This document shows positions 55,919-64,000 of a stretch of 64,000 nucleotides of DNA, piece by piece. The translations under genes and the position numbers were made by a program. The stretch covers positions 416,001 to 480,000 of the forward strand of contig CAWGMQ010000011.1 in assembly GCA_963823665.1 (NCBI GenBank), read 5' to 3'. Position 1 is the stretch's first letter, and every line of letters starts with the position of its first letter. Origin of the DNA: an uncultured Planctomycetota bacterium. GTDB taxonomy: Bacteria; Planctomycetota; Planctomycetia; Isosphaerales; Isosphaeraceae. The notes beneath the pieces are model-generated. The model saw only the letters and a list, made by a program, of their open reading frames with translations, was not told the origin of the DNA and made no database searches.

Positions 55919-57319
55919 TCAGGAAAGCGAGTTGTCGAACAAGGGGGTGATGACCTGGCCGCGATTGAGCTGGAGGGGGCGGCCGAGCTGGTCGCGAACC
56001 TGGCTCGCGGGGTCGGCACCGAGGGCGTGATAGATCGTCGCGCCGAGGTCGGCTGGGTAGTATCCCCGGTGGCGGGATATGCGGCGATCTTGTCGGACTT
56101 GCCGATCACGCAGCCGCCGCGCACGCCGGCTCCCGCGAACACAGCCGAGAAGACGCCGGCCCAGTGATCGCGGCCGGTGCGCTGAGATGCGTCATTGGTG
56201 CTGCTCTGGCCGATCCTGGGAGTGCGGCCGAATTCGCCGACCATCACCACGAGGGTTTCCTCGAGCAGGCCGTGCGCTTCGAGGTCGTCGAGAAAAGCGG
56301 AGACGCCCTGATCGAGCGGCGGCAAGAGCCGTGTGCGGAGCTGCTGGCAGTTGTCGATGTGGGTATCCCAGTTATTCATGTGGCCCATGTTGGCCTGGAC
56401 GATCGGGACGCCGGCCTGGACGAGCCGGCGCGCCAGCAGGAGCGATTGGCCGAACATGTGCCGGCCGTAGCGATCGCGGAGGCGAGGATTTTCGCGGTCG
56501 AGGTCAAATGCCCGTTTGACTCCGCTCGAGGTCAACATCGTGAACGCTTTGTCGTGAATACCGCTGAAAGCCCGGCCGATTCCCAGGTTTTCGAAGAGCG
56601 TGGCCTGGCGGTCGATCTCCGCGAGCAGCGCCCTGCGGTTACCGACCTTTTCGGCGGTGAGGCCAGGCGGGAAGCGTCAGCTCCTCGACCCGAAACGCCG
56701 GGTCGCTCGGATCAGTCTTGATGTGCCAGGGATCAAATTTGGGGCCGAGCACGCCGGCGTTCTGGCCCGAGAAGCCGTATCCGTTGTTGAGATACGTCGG
56801 CAGATTGACACCGTTCGGGACGCCATCGGACCTGGGGCGGACGAAATCGAGGCCCGAGGCATAGCACGGCCAGTCGGCCCGGGAGGCCATGTGCGTGGAC
56901 CCGGTCGGCAACTCGTTGATGCCGGTGAGCATCATGTGGGTGGCATGTTCATGACTGGGAAGGCCGTGGGTCATCGAGCGAATGACGGCCATCTTATCGG
57001 CCCGCGCGGCGAGCCCGGGAAGGTGTTCGCAAAACGAGACTCCCGGCGCCGTCGTGGCGATCTGCTTGAACTCACCCCGAATCTCAAGGGGCGCTTCAGG
57101 CTTCAGGTCGAATGTATCGAGATGGCTCGGAGCGCCAGTCAAGAAGATCAGGACGACGGAGCCGGCCCGCTTCGGGCGTGCGACTTCTGACGTTCCGGAC
57201 GACCGGCCGGCCCAGAGCGAAGTTGCGCCGATTCCGAGCAAGCCCGAGTAACCGACTTGCAACAGCTCGCGGCGGGTGATCCCGATCCCATGCCGGTGGG
57301 TTGTTGCTGGTTGCTCCAT
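55919..57319 (-). CDS. DUF1501-family protein (Tat-like signal), apparent frameshifts near 56670 and 56065
   Basis: TRRELLQVG, GAPSHLDTFDLKP, YGRHMFGQSLLLARRLVQAGV, WDTH, GEFGRTP, GRDHW. Confidence 0.9.
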
Positions 57320-57548
57320 CGTACGGTTCTCCTGTGGGGCTCCGATCGGCGGCGGGCAACGCCCCCCCTGCTCCGTTCGTGTACCAAATGTTACACCTTT
57401 GTTGGACATCGGGCAACTGTTGCAGGAGATCCACGTCCCAATCGCGTGACGTTTGAGAGGCCGGCGGCGAATGGTGGCGCGTCGACGTACCCGGAGCGGT
57501 AGAATCGGGGACGTACTGTCGAAAGTAGCGGGAGGGTCAATTCTTGCG

Positions 57549-59255
57549 ATGACCATGCGGTGGGAGACAGGACCGGTCTTTGCGTTCGAGAGCCTGGTCG
57601 CGACGCGGCGATGGCAGACATACGCGCTGCGCAGCGCGTACGTAGCATTGTTGCTGTTCGGCTTGACGATGACGTGGGGGCCGTCGGATCAGACGATTCG
57701 TACTCTGGCGGATTCAGCCAAGATCGTTGGCGTGTTTTTTCGCACGCTGATCGCCGTCCAACTGGCGGTGGTGCTTCTGGCCGCGCCCGCGGCGACGGCG
57801 AGCGCGGTGTGCGTGGACAAGTCGCGCGGGACTTTGCTCCATGCTCTTGTCACGGACCTGACGGATCGTGAGATCGTGCTGGGCAAGCTGGGAGCGCGGC
57901 TGATCCCGGTGCTCTCGCTCCTCGCCTGCGGCCTGCCGGTGCTGGCGATCGGGAGCTTCCTGGGCGGGCTCGATCTTGCGGCGGCGGTGGGGGCCGAGCT
58001 GGTCACGGTGGGCACGGCGGTCGTTTGCTGCAGCTTGGCGCTACTCGCCTCGGTCTGGGCCCGGAAGCCGCACCAGTCGCTGCTTCTGGCCTACGTGGTC
58101 GTCGGTCTGTGGCTGGCCGTTGCACCTCTGGCGTTTTTCCTCTTTTTGTCTGGACCCCCGGCCACGCCAGGCGCGGTGATTGTTCTCGTGTCGAACCCGA
58201 TTCTCGCCGCGTTTGCGCCCGATCTTTCCGCACCGACCTGGTCGCTTGGCTTGAAGGAACAGGTCGGTTTTCTTTTGGGTGCGCTCGTGATCGCGAGCGC
58301 GCTCACGCAAATCGCGATCCTTCGCTTGCGTCCGACGGTCCTGCGCCAGGTGAGCCGGCCGGCGAAGCGCGCACGACCCGATGCGCCTGCGCGGCTGCTC
58401 GACTATCTGCCCGGTCCATCGCTCGACCGGAATGCGATCCTCTGGCGCGAGTGGCATCGCAAACGGCCCTCGCGCTGGACCGGGCGTTTCTGGATGGCGT
58501 ATGCGATTGCTTCGGCCGTGGCGAGCATCTACGTTCTCGGCGGGTATTATGTGTGGCCGGACAATCTGGTCTACCGCAACATCCACACGGTTGCGGCACA
58601 GGTCAACGCCTGGCAGGTATCGATCGGCTTGCTGCTCCTCTCCGTATCGGCGGCCACGTCGCTCGCCGAGGAGCGGGACCGCGGCAGCCTCGAGGTGATC
58701 ATGACCACGCCGCTTTCGGCTCGAGAGATCGTCTGGGGAAAGTGGTGCGGCACCATTGCGACGGTGCCGCGGCTGGCGATCTTGCCCCTCTGGGTGGGCA
58801 TCGGTGCGGCGATGATCAGCCAAGGCTGGGATGGTCTTATTTTGATGTTTGGATTGATTCTGGCCTACGCCGCGGCGATCACAAGCTTCGGACTGGCGCT
58901 GGCGACGTGGATCAAGCGGCTGGGGCGCGTGGTTGTGATCAGCGTGGTGGCTTATGTCTTGATCGCGGTCGGGTGGCCCTTGATCGTGGCGGTTATCGGG
59001 ATGTCGAACGGGGTGCCGCGCACGGACGTGGACTGGCTCTTACTGGCCAGCCCGTTTTTCGGCATTTTCGAAACCACCGAGCGGGCGTCTTGGTTACCGG
59101 GGGGCTGGTGGTACGGCCGCGCGAGCTGGAACCCACTCTGGCCGCTCTTCTGGATCGGCGCGTACTCCGCAGCGGCCGCAATCCTGGCGTATGCAACATT
59201 GCTCACGTTTGATCGTTGCATGGGGCGGGCCGTAGAACGGGCGAATATGCCGTGA
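57549..59255 (+). CDS. ABC-2-type transporter permease with two permease halves, copy 1
   Basis: GPVFAFE, DKSRGTL..TDLTDREIVLGKL and EERDRGSLEVIMTTPLSAREIVWGK. About 12 TM segments. Confidence 0.88.
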   Translation: MTMRWETGPVFAFESLVATRRWQTYALRSAYVALLLFGLTMTWGPSDQTIRTLADSAKIVGVFFRTLIAVQLAVVLLAAPAATASAVCVDKSRGTLLHALVTDLTDREIVLGKLGARLIPVLSLLACGLPVLAIGSFLGGLDLAAAVGAELVTVGTAVVCCSLALLASVWARKPHQSLLLAYVVVGLWLAVAPLAFFLFLSGPPATPGAVIVLVSNPILAAFAPDLSAPTWSLGLKEQVGFLLGALVIASALTQIAILRLRPTVLRQVSRPAKRARPDAPARLLDYLPGPSLDRNAILWREWHRKRPSRWTGRFWMAYAIASAVASIYVLGGYYVWPDNLVYRNIHTVAAQVNAWQVSIGLLLLSVSAATSLAEERDRGSLEVIMTTPLSAREIVWGKWCGTIATVPRLAILPLWVGIGAAMISQGWDGLILMFGLILAYAAAITSFGLALATWIKRLGRVVVISVVAYVLIAVGWPLIVAVIGMSNGVPRTDVDWLLLASPFFGIFETTERASWLPGGWWYGRASWNPLWPLFWIGAYSAAAAILAYATLLTFDRCMGRAVERANMP

Positions 59256-59670
59256 CGGGGAAGCGAGCTTCGTGGCGAACCAGGAGGGCAAGCTGCTGGG
59301 GCGTCGCGGCAGGGACGAAGAGGGCGATGGCCACCCCGAATTCGACTGCGCCGAGATCCCTCCCGGTCAAAATAACATATGCCATAACATATGCCGCGGG
59401 CGCGATGATCGTGATGGCCGGCAACGTGCCCAGATCGATCAGCGAGATCGCCAGGGGCCGCCACGAGACTCGACACGCGTCGCTCCCTTCGGCTGTTGTC
59501 TGCGCGTGTATTCGTCGAGAAGACCGGGTTCTTACACCAGAACGTTTCCACCGCGCGATGACTTTGTGACGATGGCCGCCGGAATGCACGCCCGCTTGGA
59601 TCGCCCTGCCGAACGGCCTGAATGACATATGTCGTAGACAACGGCTCTTCCCTGGAAGATAATCGGAGCG

Positions 59671-61380
59671 ATGAGGATGAGCTGGGGTCCAGGTCCGGTT
59701 TTTGCGTTCGAGAGTCTGGTCGCCGCGCGGCGATGGCAGGTTTACGCGCTGCGCGCCTTTTACGTTGGATTGCTGCTCGCGGGTCTGACCCTGACGTGGG
59801 GGCCGTCGGAACAGACGATTCGTACTCTGGCGGATTCGGCCAGAATCGCCGCCATGTTCTTTCGCACGCTGATCGGCGTGCAACTGGCCGTGGTGCTGCT
59901 CGCCGCGCCCGCGGCGACGGCGAGCGCGGTGTGCGTGGACAAGTCGCGGGGGACTTTACTCCATGCTTTTGTCACGGACCTGACGGATCGTGAGATCGTG
60001 CTGGGCAAGCTGGGAGCGCGCCTCGTCCCGGTGCTATCGCTGCTGGCCTGCGGGATGCCGGTGCTGGCGATCGGCAGCTTCCTCGGCGGCCTCGATATGG
60101 CGGCGGTGGTGGGGGCCGAGCTGGTCACGGTTGGGACGGCGGTTGTTTGTTGCAGCTTGGCGCTATTGGCCTCGGTGTGGGCACGGAAGCCGCACCAGTC
60201 GCTGCTTCTAGCCTATGCGATCGTCGGCCTGTGGCTGACCATTCCGCAGGTGGCACTTCGTCTCTACTTGGGCGGACCCGTGGCCGCCGTGCCCCCAGGC
60301 GTGGTGATTTTCCTCATGTCGAACCCAATCATCGCCGCGTTCGCGCCCGACCTTTCCTCACCGATCTTGACGCTCGGCCTGAAGGAGCAGGTCGCGTTCT
60401 TTCTGGGTGCACTCTTGATCGCAGCCGCGCTCACGCACATAGCGATCCGCCGGCTGCGTCCCGCGGTCCTGTCCCAGGTGAGCCGGCCGGTGAAGCGCGA
60501 ACGACCCGATCCCCCGGCGCGACTGCTGGACTACCTGCCGGGTCCATCGCTCGACCACAATGCGATCCTCTGGCGCGAGTGGCATCGCAAACGCCCGTCG
60601 CGCTGGACCGGGCGGTTCTGGATGGCCTACGCAATCGCTTCGGCCGTGGCCAGTATCTACGTTCTCGGCGCGTATTATCTCTGGCCGGAACCTCACCTCT
60701 ACCGGATCATCCATGTCGTCGCTGCGCAGGTCAACGCCTGGCAGGTATCCATCGGTCTGCTGCTCCTCTCCGTATCTGCGGCCACGGCGCTCGCCGAAGA
60801 GCGTGACCGCGGCAGCCTCGAGGTGATCATGACCACGCCGCTTTCGGCTCGAGAGATCGTCTGGGGCAAGTGGTGCGGCACCATTGCGACCGTGCCGCGA
60901 CTGGCGATCTTGCCTATCTGGGTCGGCATCGGTGCCGCAATGGTGAGCGGAGGCGGGGATGGTCTCATATTGATGATTGGATTGATTCTGGCGTACGCCG
61001 CGGCGATCACGAGCTTCGGTCTGGCGCTGGCGACGTGGATCAAGCGGCTGGGGCGCGTGGTCGTGATCAACGTGGTGGCGTATGTCCTGATCGCGGTCGG
61101 GTGGCCCTTGATCGTGTGGGTGATCGCGAGGGCGAACCGAGTGCCGCGCGAGAAACTCGACGGGCTTTTTCTCGCCAGCCCATTTTACGGCATTTACGAA
61201 ACCACCGAGCGGGCGTCTCTTGTGTCGGTCAGCTCGTACGGCAGCGCGAGCTGGAACCCACTCTGGCCGCTTTTCTGGATCGGCGTGTACTCTGCAGTGG
61301 CCGTTATCCTCGCGTATGCAACATTGCTCACGTTCGATCGCTGCATGGGCCGGGCCGTGGATCGGGCGGAGCCGGCGTGA
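59671..61380 (+). CDS. ABC-2-type transporter permease, copy 2 (tandem paralog)
   Basis: Collinear with copy 1, with long identical peptide and DNA blocks. Confidence 0.88.
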   Translation: MRMSWGPGPVFAFESLVAARRWQVYALRAFYVGLLLAGLTLTWGPSEQTIRTLADSARIAAMFFRTLIGVQLAVVLLAAPAATASAVCVDKSRGTLLHAFVTDLTDREIVLGKLGARLVPVLSLLACGMPVLAIGSFLGGLDMAAVVGAELVTVGTAVVCCSLALLASVWARKPHQSLLLAYAIVGLWLTIPQVALRLYLGGPVAAVPPGVVIFLMSNPIIAAFAPDLSSPILTLGLKEQVAFFLGALLIAAALTHIAIRRLRPAVLSQVSRPVKRERPDPPARLLDYLPGPSLDHNAILWREWHRKRPSRWTGRFWMAYAIASAVASIYVLGAYYLWPEPHLYRIIHVVAAQVNAWQVSIGLLLLSVSAATALAEERDRGSLEVIMTTPLSAREIVWGKWCGTIATVPRLAILPIWVGIGAAMVSGGGDGLILMIGLILAYAAAITSFGLALATWIKRLGRVVVINVVAYVLIAVGWPLIVWVIARANRVPREKLDGLFLASPFYGIYETTERASLVSVSSYGSASWNPLWPLFWIGVYSAVAVILAYATLLTFDRCMGRAVDRAEPA

Positions 61381-61559
61381 CGGGGCAGTGAGTCTTGCGA
61401 AATGGATCTCAACAGTCAACTCGGGAAGGCTCGCGTCTAGAGCTCCCAGCGGCGCCGCGCTGAATCGTAACACCAAAAGTGCTTTACGCGGCTGACTTAT
61501 GGTAAACTACGCAGGTTTGCCGCCGCCCTCGACCCGCGAGTGCTCAAAGGACGGGACCG

Positions 61560-64000
<2,441 letters not shown>

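Noticed and set aside
59252..59630. Hydrophobic minus-strand ORF between the two permease paralogs
   Set aside because: No clear start or family, and it overlaps both neighbours. May be a remnant but is unsupported.

Overview
GC-rich bacterial DNA that looks like Planctomycetota, probably Isosphaeraceae-like. This is inferred from the gene repertoire: DUF1501/DUF1800 genes, a Planc_extracel-motif protein, an ECF sigma fused to a long C-terminal extension, and WD40 Ser/Thr kinases. 1-38 kb is mostly core and envelope genes: sucCD, leuS, an Hsp70-family gene, prs, an AAA+/vWA pair, a glycosyltransferase cluster, truA, asd and purD. 39.6-44.2 kb is a decayed accessory patch: a mobile-mystery A/B (XRE + Fic) pair, a dead REP-associated tyrosine transposase carrying a nested MITE and REP doublet, a truncated hybrid-kinase tail and a WG-repeat gene. 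This patch abuts the 3' end of a tRNA. The strongest finding is that tRNA: a minus-strand tRNA-Lys(UUU) at 44259-44681 split inside the anticodon by a 350-nt group I intron with a complete catalytic core. Other notable items are a PurD with a tandemly duplicated ATP-grasp B domain and a radical-SAM-like protein lacking the CxxxCxxC motif. Many genes, including essential leuS, carry single-base frameshifts that are most likely sequencing errors. All calls were made by eye; no searches were run.
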